From: Gammaproteobacteria bacterium
GTDB taxonomy: Bacteria > Pseudomonadota > Gammaproteobacteria > SZUA-140
Assembly (NCBI GenBank): GCA_020847075.1
Contig: JADLCS010000046.1
Coordinates: forward strand, 70,295 to 134,294
DNA length: 64,000 nucleotides
Reading direction: 5' to 3'
Shown here one piece after another: positions 9,539 through 17,555 of the stretch (its first letter is position 1; each line of letters opens with the position of its first letter). The position numbers and the translations under genes are program-made. The notes under the pieces are model-generated. The model saw nothing but the letters and a program-made list of their open reading frames with translations. It was not told the DNA's origin and ran no database searches.

Positions 9539-10747
9539 TCAGGCGGGCGCCACCGGCCGTACCCTGGAGGCGGCGAGGCGCGCGCGGCGGCGCGCGTCGT
9601 CCACATCCCCGCCATGGGCGAGCGCGACCCCCATGCGGCGACGCGCATAGGCCTCCGGTTTGCCGAACAGGCGCAGATCGCTCCCCGGGACGCGCAAGGC
9701 CTCGTCCACCCCTTCGTAGGCGACCCCGGCCCCATCGGTCCCGCCGTAGATGACCGCGCTCGCCCCCGGGCAGAGCAGGCCGGTATCCACCGGGAGACCG
9801 AGGATCGCGCGCGCGTGCAGTTCGAATTCGCTCTGGCGCTGCGTCGCCATGGTCACCATCCCGGTGTCGTGCGGGCGCGGGCTGACCTCGCTGAACCAGA
9901 CCCGGTCGCCCTTGATGAACAGTTCCACGCCGAAGACACCGCGGCCGCCCAGGCTGGCGGTGAGCGTGCCGGCGATCGCGCGGGCGCGTTCCAGCGCCGT
10001 CGCCGACATGGGCTGCGGCTGCCAGCTCTCGATATAGTCGCCGTGCTGCTGCAGATGGCCGATCGGCTCGCAGAAAAAGGTCTCGACCGCCCCGCCGTCC
10101 CCCACGGCGCGCACGGTGAGCTGGGTGATCTCGAAGTCGAAGTCGATCATCTCTTCGACGATGACGCAGCCCTGGCGGACGCGACCGCCGCTCTGCGCAT
10201 AGTCCCACGCCGCCGCGACCTCGTTCGGGCCGTTGACGGTGGACTGCCCCTTGCCGGAAGACGACATCACCGGCTTGACGATGCAGGGATACCCGATGCC
10301 GCCCTCGATCGCGCGGCGCAGTTCGTCGAGTCCCCGGGCGAAGGCGTAGCGCGAAACGGGCAGGCCGAGTTCCTCCGCCGCCAGCCGGCGGATCCCTTCG
10401 CGGTTCATGGTGAGATGGGCCGCGCGCGCGGTCGGAATGACCTCGGCGATACCCGCAGCCTCGATGTCGAGCAGGGCCTGGGTGGCGATCGCCTCGATCT
10501 CGGGCACGACCAGATGGGGGCGTTCCCGCTCCACCAGCGCGCGCAGCGCCCGCGGATCGGTCATATCGATCACGTGGGCGTGGTGTGCCACCTGCTGCCC
10601 CGGCGCGCCGGCATAGCGATCGACCGCGATCGTCTCCACACCGAGGCGTTGCAGCGCGATGATGACCTCCTTGCCGAGTTCACCACTGCCGAGCAGCATC
10701 ACCCGCAAGGCGGACGGGGACAGCGGCGTGCCGAAACGACGCCTCAT
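9539..10747 (-). CDS. purT: Formate-dependent phosphoribosylglycinamide formyltransferase (GAR transformylase 2)
   Basis: 402 aa. N-terminus [31 protein letters not shown] and an ATP-grasp body typical of PurT. Confidence 0.9.
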   Translation of the reverse strand: MRRRFGTPLSPSALRVMLLGSGELGKEVIIALQRLGVETIAVDRYAGAPGQQVAHHAHVIDMTDPRALRALVERERPHLVVPEIEAIATQALLDIEAAGIAEVIPTARAAHLTMNREGIRRLAAEELGLPVSRYAFARGLDELRRAIEGGIGYPCIVKPVMSSSGKGQSTVNGPNEVAAAWDYAQSGGRVRQGCVIVEEMIDFDFEITQLTVRAVGDGGAVETFFCEPIGHLQQHGDYIESWQPQPMSATALERARAIAGTLTASLGGRGVFGVELFIKGDRVWFSEVSPRPHDTGMVTMATQRQSEFELHARAILGLPVDTGLLCPGASAVIYGGTDGAGVAYEGVDEALRVPGSDLRLFGKPEAYARRRMGVALAHGGDVDDARRRARLAASRVRPVAPA

Positions 10748-11000
10748 GACGGCCGTACCCCGTGACTCGCTGCGACCCCGTTCATAAACGGTGCGATTCT
10801 CTCACAACGGATCGGCGGAATGAATACGATACCCGGAGAATGCCGCCGGAGCCGGGCGGCCGAATATGGTAGAGTCGGTATGCAGGCGGACGAGAACCGG
10901 GGTGACGGGGGGCGACAGGCCGCTTCAGAACCCGGGTGCCGGGCCGCTAAATTAGGGGAGCAACGCTAGCAAGCCCACGGCATCCGTCCAAGCATCCGCG

Positions 11001-11411
11001 ATGAAATCACGAATCGACGAAGTCCCCAAACTGAAGACGCAACCCGCGGTGGTCGACGGCCGTCGCTACAACCAGGTGCTGCTCGGCCTGCGCCGTCTGA
11101 AAGGCCCCCTGCGTCTGCCGCTCGCCGGCCTGCGCGGCATGGACCTGCTGGTGGACAAGGAGGCGTGGGTCTGCGTGGATCGCACCCTGTACGATCTGCC
11201 GGTCATCGCCTGGACCGACTTCAGACCGACGGCCCGGCGCGCGATCCACGAGATCGTCCCCTGCCTGCTGCATTACTACCACATCAACGCGGAACTGATC
11301 GGCGAAAGCGTATTGGCCACCGCGATGAAGGAGATCCAGAAGCGGCTGGCCAACCGTACCCCGGTGTCGTCCTCCCGGATCAGCGCGTTCCGTCCGGACC
11401 CGGCCCCCTGA
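11001..11411 (+). CDS. Hypothetical protein (orphan, no recognisable domain)
   Basis: 136-aa ORF with balanced, protein-like composition. In-frame TAG at 10953 makes ATG 11001 the only start. No Shine-Dalgarno within 15 nt. Confidence 0.5.
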   Translation: MKSRIDEVPKLKTQPAVVDGRRYNQVLLGLRRLKGPLRLPLAGLRGMDLLVDKEAWVCVDRTLYDLPVIAWTDFRPTARRAIHEIVPCLLHYYHINAELIGESVLATAMKEIQKRLANRTPVSSSRISAFRPDPAP

Positions 11412-11432
11412 ATCGGCCCGCCCGCGTGAGGC

Positions 11433-12821
11433 TCACGGCTGGCCGGTGACGGTCCGGGCCGGATCGCCGAAGATCACCTCGACACGCAAACCGGCCGGCT
11501 CCCCGGCGCTCAGCCGTATCTCCGCATGGTGGAGATCGGCGATGCGCCTGACGATGGAAAGCCCGAGACCGCTGCCCGAGCCGCCCGCCCCGATCCGGCG
11601 GTAGAACCGCTCGAACACGCGCGCGTGCTCTTCCGGCGGTATGCCCGGACCATTGTCGCTCACGCCGAGCACGATCGCGGACCCGCGCCGTTCGACGTTC
11701 ACCTCGACCCACCCCCCGGCCGGCGCATATTTGATGGCGTTGTCGACCAGATTGCGCAGCAGGATGCCGAGCATCGCGCGATCGCCCCGGACCGGCGCCA
11801 CCGCGCCCGCCTCCAGGCCGAGATCGGTACCCCTGGCGAGCGCGAGCGGCGCGATCTCGGCCAGCACCTCCGACGCCAGGTCTCCCAGGTCCACATTGTC
11901 GTGACCGACCCATACAGTGGGATCGATACGGGCCAGCGTAAGCAGTTGCTGCGCCAGGTGGGTGGCCCGATCGACGCCGGCGACGACCTGGCGCAGCGCC
12001 CGACGGCGTTCTTCGTCCGCGGTCGCGCGCAGCGCGACCTGCGCCTGCGTCTTCAGCGCCGCGAGCGGGGTGCGCAGCTCATGGGCGGCGTCGGAGGTAA
12101 ACCTGCGCTCGGTCTCGAAGGCCTGTTGCAGGCGCCGGAACAGGGCGTTGAGCGCGTCGATCAGCGGCTTGGCCTCGACCGGAACATCGAGATCCGGAAT
12201 CGGGCGCAGGTTGTCCGGCCGGCGATTCTTAACGTCGGCCGCGATGTTGCGCAGGGGCGACATGGCGCGGGCGACACCGTACCAGATCATGACGGCGATC
12301 AGCGGGATCGACAGCAGAATCGGCACCAGCACGCGCCAGGCGATGTGGTTGCGCAGTATCTCCCGCCGCTCCGCGCTCTCCCCCACCTGCACCTGGAGCC
12401 TGCCCGCCGCATCGGTCAGGACATAGACCCGCCATGGACTGCCCTCGATGGCGCGGTCCTCGAAACCGGCGCTGCGCTCCGACATGCGGTATCTCGGCGC
12501 GCTGTCGGAGCGCAGCCAGATGCGGTTCTCGCCCAGGATCCACATCTGGAAGGCGAGGCGCTGTTCGTACTTATGGGAAAATTCCGCGAACTGCTCGGCG
12601 ATATCGTCATCGCTCATGTCTCCCGGAGCCATCTCCTCTTCCGCCAGTTCGTGCTCCATGAGATTCAGCAGCAGACGCGCGGACTGGGTGAGCTGGGCGT
12701 CGATCAGTTCATCCACCTCGCCCTGGGCGGCGGCATAGATGATCGCGCCCACGATTGCCCACAGCGCCAGGGTGACGGGCAGCAGCGTGAACAGCAGGCG
12801 ATTGCGCAGGGAAGGGTTCAT
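11433..12821 (-). CDS. Sensor histidine kinase (2 TM, HAMP, HisKA, HATPase_c; QseC/PmrB-like)
   Basis: Within ORF 11433..12878. The internal ATG (MNPSLRNRLLF) overlaps the regulator's stop as ATGA. H-box FTSDAAHELRTPLAAL; N/G boxes NLVDNAIKYAP and GSGLGLSIV. Confidence 0.9.
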   Translation of the reverse strand: MNPSLRNRLLFTLLPVTLALWAIVGAIIYAAAQGEVDELIDAQLTQSARLLLNLMEHELAEEEMAPGDMSDDDIAEQFAEFSHKYEQRLAFQMWILGENRIWLRSDSAPRYRMSERSAGFEDRAIEGSPWRVYVLTDAAGRLQVQVGESAERREILRNHIAWRVLVPILLSIPLIAVMIWYGVARAMSPLRNIAADVKNRRPDNLRPIPDLDVPVEAKPLIDALNALFRRLQQAFETERRFTSDAAHELRTPLAALKTQAQVALRATADEERRRALRQVVAGVDRATHLAQQLLTLARIDPTVWVGHDNVDLGDLASEVLAEIAPLALARGTDLGLEAGAVAPVRGDRAMLGILLRNLVDNAIKYAPAGGWVEVNVERRGSAIVLGVSDNGPGIPPEEHARVFERFYRRIGAGGSGSGLGLSIVRRIADLHHAEIRLSAGEPAGLRVEVIFGDPARTVTGQP

Positions 12822-13480
12822 GATTCCTTGTCGATGACGTAACCGACCCCGCGGATGGTGCGGATCAGCTCGGGCCACAGCTTTCTGCGCAGATGGTGGA
12901 TATGGACCTCGACCGCGTTACTGTCGATCTCGTCCGCCCAGGAATACAGGCCCTGTTCCAGCCTGGCGCGCGACAGCACCCTGCCGCGATTCTCGAGCAA
13001 CTGACGCAGCACGGCGAACTCGCGCGGGGACAGGTCCACCGGCCGGCCGGCACGCATGACCGCGTGGGAGGCGGGATCCAGCACCAGGTCGCGGTGGCGG
13101 ATCACCGGCTCGCCGCGCCCGCTGCGCCGGCGCAGCAGGGCGCGGATGCGGGCGGCCAGTTCATCCAGATCGAACGGCTTGACCAGATACTCGTCGGCAC
13201 CGCTGTCGAGCCCGGAGACCTTGTCCTCCACGGTATCGCGCGCGGTCAGTATCAATACCGGCAAGGCGCTGCCGCCGCGGCGCTGGGTCCTCAGCACCTC
13301 CAGGCCGGAACGCGCGGGGAGGCCGAGGTCGAGGATCATCAGATCGTAGGTGCCCGCCGCGAGGAAAAGCTCGGCCGAGCGCCCGTCCTTGACCCAGTCC
13401 ACCGCATAACCGTTTTGCCGCAGACCGACCTGGAGGCCGTTGCCCAGCAGTTCATCGTCTTCCACGAGAAGTAAACGCAT
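12818..13480 (-). CDS. OmpR/PhoB-family response regulator
   Basis: 220 aa. REC domain (MRLLLVEDD...DLMILDLGLP...KPF) plus a winged-helix C-terminus (VEVHIHHLRRKL...IRTIRGVGYVI). Confidence 0.92.
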   Translation of the reverse strand: MRLLLVEDDELLGNGLQVGLRQNGYAVDWVKDGRSAELFLAAGTYDLMILDLGLPARSGLEVLRTQRRGGSALPVLILTARDTVEDKVSGLDSGADEYLVKPFDLDELAARIRALLRRRSGRGEPVIRHRDLVLDPASHAVMRAGRPVDLSPREFAVLRQLLENRGRVLSRARLEQGLYSWADEIDSNAVEVHIHHLRRKLWPELIRTIRGVGYVIDKES

Positions 13481-13561
13481 CCGCTCCCCCTGTACCCGCG
13501 CAGCATAGCCCCGCGCGCGCCCGACCGCACGTCTTCACGGGGAGAATCAGACCAGAGCGGG

Positions 13562-13578
13562 CTTAACCCGGCCTTAAC
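13562..13578. promoter_or_regulatory. Direct hexamer repeat CTTAAC-N5-CTTAAC, candidate OmpR-family (PmrA/QseB-type) box
   Basis: cttaac ccggc cttaac lies 82-98 bp upstream of the regulator's start at 13480. The 11-bp periodicity is typical of winged-helix dimers. Confidence 0.35.
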
Positions 13579-13634
13579 CACCGGATTGCGAGGGGGAGAA
13601 AACGGCGCGCGGGAGGGGGTGGACGCGGGTCCGC

Positions 13635-14942
13635 TCAGTTCGAGCCGTAGCCTTCGTCCCAGCGCAGATCGCCGCACAGGACCCGGCGTTCGCCACGGAT
13701 CTTGAAGGCGATCGAGATTGTGATGCAGGGCGTGGCGGTGGCGGCCGAGAGATAGGGGCGCGTCACCTGGACCTTTTCCGGGCGCGATATCGCGCGGCGG
13801 AAATAATGCCGGCGCGACCAGTTGGCGCCGTCGGCGTCGCGTAGCGGGGTGAAACACGGGTCGGACTCCAGCCGGGAATGCGGCGAATTGACATTGGCCC
13901 CGATCTGGCGGCCCTCGCCGTCGAGCAGGAAGCAGCGCTCCGCCCGCGCCAGCTCGAGGAAACCCTTGCACGCGATCTCGAGCGGATGGGACGACTGCAA
14001 CAATACCGAGGCATACCCCAGGCTGTTCAGATACGGCGCGATCTCGGTCCGGTAGCCGGTGCGCTCCTGCAGCGTCATATCCCTGAATCGGTCGAAGAGC
14101 GCGTCGAAACGGGGTTCGCTGACCACGGCCGCCTGCGGCATGGGGCGTGCGAAATAATAGCCCTGGACGAAATCGGCATCGGCGTCCATCGCCACCATCG
14201 CCTCGTATTCCGTCTCGATACCCTCCATCACCACCAGCGAACCCGATTCGTGCAGCAGCGAGACCATACCGGGTACGATGGAACGGATGCCGGGATCGAC
14301 CGCCGCCTGGGCGACGATGGAGCGGTCGAGCTTGACGATGTCGGGCCGCAGACGGCAGATGCGATCGAAATTGGAATGACCGGCGCCGAAGTCGTCGATC
14401 GCGATCAGGCAACCGAGATCCCGATAACGGCGGACGGCATCCACCAGCAGCGTCTCATCGGTCAGCGCGGCCTCGACGACCTCGATCACCACCCGCTGCG
14501 GCGGCAATTCCAGTTGCTCGAGCCGCGCCTGCAGGAAGGATCCGGGGCGCCGCCCTTCGGCGATGACGCGGGGATTGATGTTGAGAAACAGCCAAGCCGA
14601 ACCCGTGTCCTGGCGGGCGAAGTTGTACAGATGGATGGCGCGGCACAGGCGGTCGAGCACTACGGTATCGGTATGGCCGCGCGTGCCGTCGAACACCTCG
14701 TGCGGACCGCGCGGGCGTCCCTCGGGGTCGGTTGCGCGCATCAGGGCCTCGAAGCCGACTACGCGCTGATGGGCCAGGCTGAAGATCGGCTGGAAATACG
14801 AGCCCAGCCTGAGCCCGTTGAACCTCGCGTAGGTGCAGCCGGCATCCTGGTAGAGGGCGGAGTCCATCACCGCCGGATCCTCCAGGTGGGAGACGCCATC
14901 CATGGCCGGGGTCGCCGTATTGAGATTAGTTAAGGTAGCCAT
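13635..14942 (-). CDS. c-di-GMP phosphodiesterase: N-terminal EAL domain + C-terminal PAS/Cache-like (YkuI_C-like) domain
   Basis: 435 aa. The full EAL catalytic set is visible: EALMR, FLNINP, EVVE, DDFGAGHSN, KLDRS, EGIETE, QGYYFARP. The C-terminal ~170 aa are sensor-like (TRPYLSAATATPCITISIAF). Confidence 0.85.
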   Translation of the reverse strand: MATLTNLNTATPAMDGVSHLEDPAVMDSALYQDAGCTYARFNGLRLGSYFQPIFSLAHQRVVGFEALMRATDPEGRPRGPHEVFDGTRGHTDTVVLDRLCRAIHLYNFARQDTGSAWLFLNINPRVIAEGRRPGSFLQARLEQLELPPQRVVIEVVEAALTDETLLVDAVRRYRDLGCLIAIDDFGAGHSNFDRICRLRPDIVKLDRSIVAQAAVDPGIRSIVPGMVSLLHESGSLVVMEGIETEYEAMVAMDADADFVQGYYFARPMPQAAVVSEPRFDALFDRFRDMTLQERTGYRTEIAPYLNSLGYASVLLQSSHPLEIACKGFLELARAERCFLLDGEGRQIGANVNSPHSRLESDPCFTPLRDADGANWSRRHYFRRAISRPEKVQVTRPYLSAATATPCITISIAFKIRGERRVLCGDLRWDEGYGSN

Positions 14943-15082
14943 CGTGCCGCCGCTGTTCCTGTCTCTGTTTAACGGCAGGACGACAACGGGGCTTTAGAAC
15001 ATAACTATCGATTTCTGCGCGACAATCCCGGGTGCGCCGAACCGGTGCGGCGCCTCGTCCGCGGTCCCTCGGCGCGCACGGA

Positions 15083-16729
15083 TCAGCCCCCCGCCGCCAC
15101 TTCGTGATAGAGCGCGGCCAGACGCTGCACCGCGCCAGAGGCCGGATCCTGCCGGCGCAAACGCTCCAGACACTCATGCGCCTGCTCCAGGGATTGCGGG
15201 TCGCGCCCGTCCCGTTTCATGCGCAGGAGCAGGACCTTGGCCATGTTCATATTGATGGTGCGATTCACCGGCAGATCGCGCAGCGCCTCCCGGAACAGCT
15301 CGATGGCATCATCCAGGCGCCCCTCTTCCGCCAGGTGGACGCCGTCGTTGTTGAGGCGGACCACGCCGTCCTGCACCTGCGTGATGATGCCCTCGCCCTC
15401 CTGCTCCATGTCGGCTTCGCGAAAGACCGCGCGGACCTCCTGCAACAGCGCCTCGTCCTCATGCCGGTTGCCGACCGCCTTGCGCATCTGTTCGACCGCC
15501 GCCGCACGCTCACCCCGCGCGAGCAGCATGCGCGCCAGTTCCACCATGGCCTCGGGCGAGATACCCCCGGCCATCAACCCGCCGTAGATCTTCATGGCCT
15601 CCTCGTAAGAGGCCTGCGCCCCGGATTCCTGCCCCACCAGGCGATGCACCATGTACTCCGCGACCGCCGCGCGCAGACGGGCCTCCGGATCGGTATTGAA
15701 GTCGCGGCGCAGATCGCGCAGCACGCGCAAGGCCCCGCCGGTATCGAACTGCATGAGGGCGCGCGCCTGCTTGATGTAATTGGAAGCGGTGCGGTAGATG
15801 GAGCGGCCGCCCAGGGCGACCGCCGCACCGAAGGCGCGCGCCGCGAGCCGGTAGTCGCCGTCGCGCAGGGCGAGCTCGCCCAGCGCCATCTGCCGGCGTA
15901 TCGAGCGCGGCGACACGTCGAGGGCATCGGCCAGGGTCTGGCACGCCGCCGCGACGTCACCCAGTGACGCCTGCGCCCTGGCCAGCCAGTCATAGGCCTC
16001 GAGCTGACGCGGATGCGCGGCCCGTGTCTGCCCGAAGACGGCGGCCGCGCCCGCGTAATCCTGGCGCGAATAGCATACCTGCCCCAGGCCCAGCCCGGCC
16101 CAGGCGGCCTTGCGGCGGTCGAACACCCGGGCATAGATCGCCTCCGCCTGGGGCAACCGTCCGAGCGCCAGGAACGCATCCGCCTCGAGGCGGAGCAGTT
16201 CCAGTACCTCCGCGCAACCCGCCGCCATGCGTTCCTCGCACAAGGCCAGCGCCTCTTCGTAGCGCTGCCCCTCCAGGGCCTCCTCGATGGCGCCGATCTC
16301 GTCCCGCCGACGCAGGAGACGCCCCAGACGCGCGGCGAGTTTCTGCCGCGTGAACGGCAGGGCGAGATAGTCGTCCGGATGGCACTCCAGCACACCCATG
16401 ACCTTCTGCGCGGCATTCTCGGCCGTCACCATGACGAACAGGGTATGCGCCTTGAGGATCCCCCGGTATCGCACCTCTTCCAGCAGTTGCTGGCCATCGC
16501 GTCCGGCCCCGAGACGGTAATCGCACAGCACGACGTCATAGCCGGTCTGCTCCATCATCCGGATGGCCTCGGCCGCGAACGCGGCCTGATCGATCCGCTC
16601 CGCCCCGCTCTCCGCCAGCATCGACTCCAGCAGGCGACGGGTGGCGGCCGACTCGTCGACGATCAGGAAACGGACGTTCTTGAAATCGCGGGGGGTGTCC
16701 CCGGACTCGTTCATAGCCATGTGCCGCAT
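15083..16729 (-). CDS. Response-regulator receiver domain fused to TPR repeats
   Basis: 548 aa. REC domain (RFLIVDES...VVLCDYRLG...LALPF) followed by about 400 aa of TPR-like helical repeats. GGAAGAGG lies upstream of the ATG. Confidence 0.85.
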   Translation of the reverse strand: MRHMAMNESGDTPRDFKNVRFLIVDESAATRRLLESMLAESGAERIDQAAFAAEAIRMMEQTGYDVVLCDYRLGAGRDGQQLLEEVRYRGILKAHTLFVMVTAENAAQKVMGVLECHPDDYLALPFTRQKLAARLGRLLRRRDEIGAIEEALEGQRYEEALALCEERMAAGCAEVLELLRLEADAFLALGRLPQAEAIYARVFDRRKAAWAGLGLGQVCYSRQDYAGAAAVFGQTRAAHPRQLEAYDWLARAQASLGDVAAACQTLADALDVSPRSIRRQMALGELALRDGDYRLAARAFGAAVALGGRSIYRTASNYIKQARALMQFDTGGALRVLRDLRRDFNTDPEARLRAAVAEYMVHRLVGQESGAQASYEEAMKIYGGLMAGGISPEAMVELARMLLARGERAAAVEQMRKAVGNRHEDEALLQEVRAVFREADMEQEGEGIITQVQDGVVRLNNDGVHLAEEGRLDDAIELFREALRDLPVNRTINMNMAKVLLLRMKRDGRDPQSLEQAHECLERLRRQDPASGAVQRLAALYHEVAAGG

Positions 16730-16866
16730 GATCGGCCTCTTCCAGGGGCGGTTTCACGCTCGGGATGGAATCTCTCCGGGTTAGCGGATCATCACCCCAT
16801 GAACTTTAAGGGACATGCCCGCCGGCGGCTGACAACCTCCGGCGGATATGCTATTAAGTCGCGCAC

Positions 16867-17502
16867 ATGGATCCGTTCTCGCTCATCTCCTCCTCGGAAT
16901 TGTCTGCGCTCGCCACGGTCATCATGACCGATGTGGTGCTGGCGGGCGACAACGCCATCGTGGTCGGCATGGCCGCGGCCGGGCTGCCCGCCGAACAGCG
17001 CCGGCGCGCGATCTTCTACGGCATCATCGGCGCCACCGTGCTGCGCATCCTGTTCGCCGTCGCGACCACCCAATTGCTCCAGATCATCGGGCTGATGCTG
17101 GCCGGCGGCATCCTGCTGCTGTGGGTGGCCTGGAAGTTGTACCGCGAACTGAGCGCGCCGCAGGCGCACTCGGAGCAGGAGGGCGAGGCGGCGCTGGAGG
17201 GCAGGGACGTCGCGGGGCGCAAACCCAAGACCTTTCGCGAGGCCGTCACCCAGATCATCCTGGCCGACATCTCGATGTCGCTGGACAACGTGCTCGCCGT
17301 GGCCGGCGCCGCGCGCGAACACACCTGGGTCCTCATCATCGGCCTGACGCTGTCGGTGGCCCTGATGGGGGTCGCCTCGACCCTGATGGCGCGCCTGCTG
17401 GTGCGCCATCGCTGGATCGGTTACCTCGGTCTGCTCATCATCCTGTACATCGCGCTCAGCATGATGTGGGACGGCGCCCACCAGGTCGCGGAAGCGGTTT
17501 AG
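16867..17502 (+). CDS. TerC/YjbE-family integral membrane protein
   Basis: 211 aa, multi-TM, with the duplicated TerC signature (LAGDNAIVVGMAA; LADISMSLDNVLAVAG). Confidence 0.85.
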   Translation: MDPFSLISSSELSALATVIMTDVVLAGDNAIVVGMAAAGLPAEQRRRAIFYGIIGATVLRILFAVATTQLLQIIGLMLAGGILLLWVAWKLYRELSAPQAHSEQEGEAALEGRDVAGRKPKTFREAVTQIILADISMSLDNVLAVAGAAREHTWVLIIGLTLSVALMGVASTLMARLLVRHRWIGYLGLLIILYIALSMMWDGAHQVAEAV

Positions 17503-17521
17503 ATCGCCCCATCACTATCAG

Positions 17522-17549
17522 GGAGCCGGCGGCCAGCGCCGCCGGCTCC
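17522..17549. terminator. GC-rich hairpin between convergent genes (bidirectional terminator candidate)
   Basis: ggagccggcgg-ccagcg-ccgccggctcc, a perfect 11-bp stem between the TerC stop and the receptor stop. Confidence 0.55.
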
Positions 17550-17555
17550 GAGCAT

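Noticed and set aside
10748-10900. Possible ZTP (pfl) or other purine riboswitch upstream of purT.
   Set aside because: Only a partial CCGCCTG match, far from the start codon. The GGGUCGUGAC and CCGCCUGGGC cores are absent.
16730-16866. Possible yybP-ykoY (Mn2+) riboswitch upstream of the TerC-family gene.
   Set aside because: TerC genes often carry this riboswitch, but I could not find its conserved elements (GGGGAGUAG-type 5' loop, GAGAGAC-type 3' element). Only a generic 7-bp GC hairpin is present. Needs cmscan to be certain.
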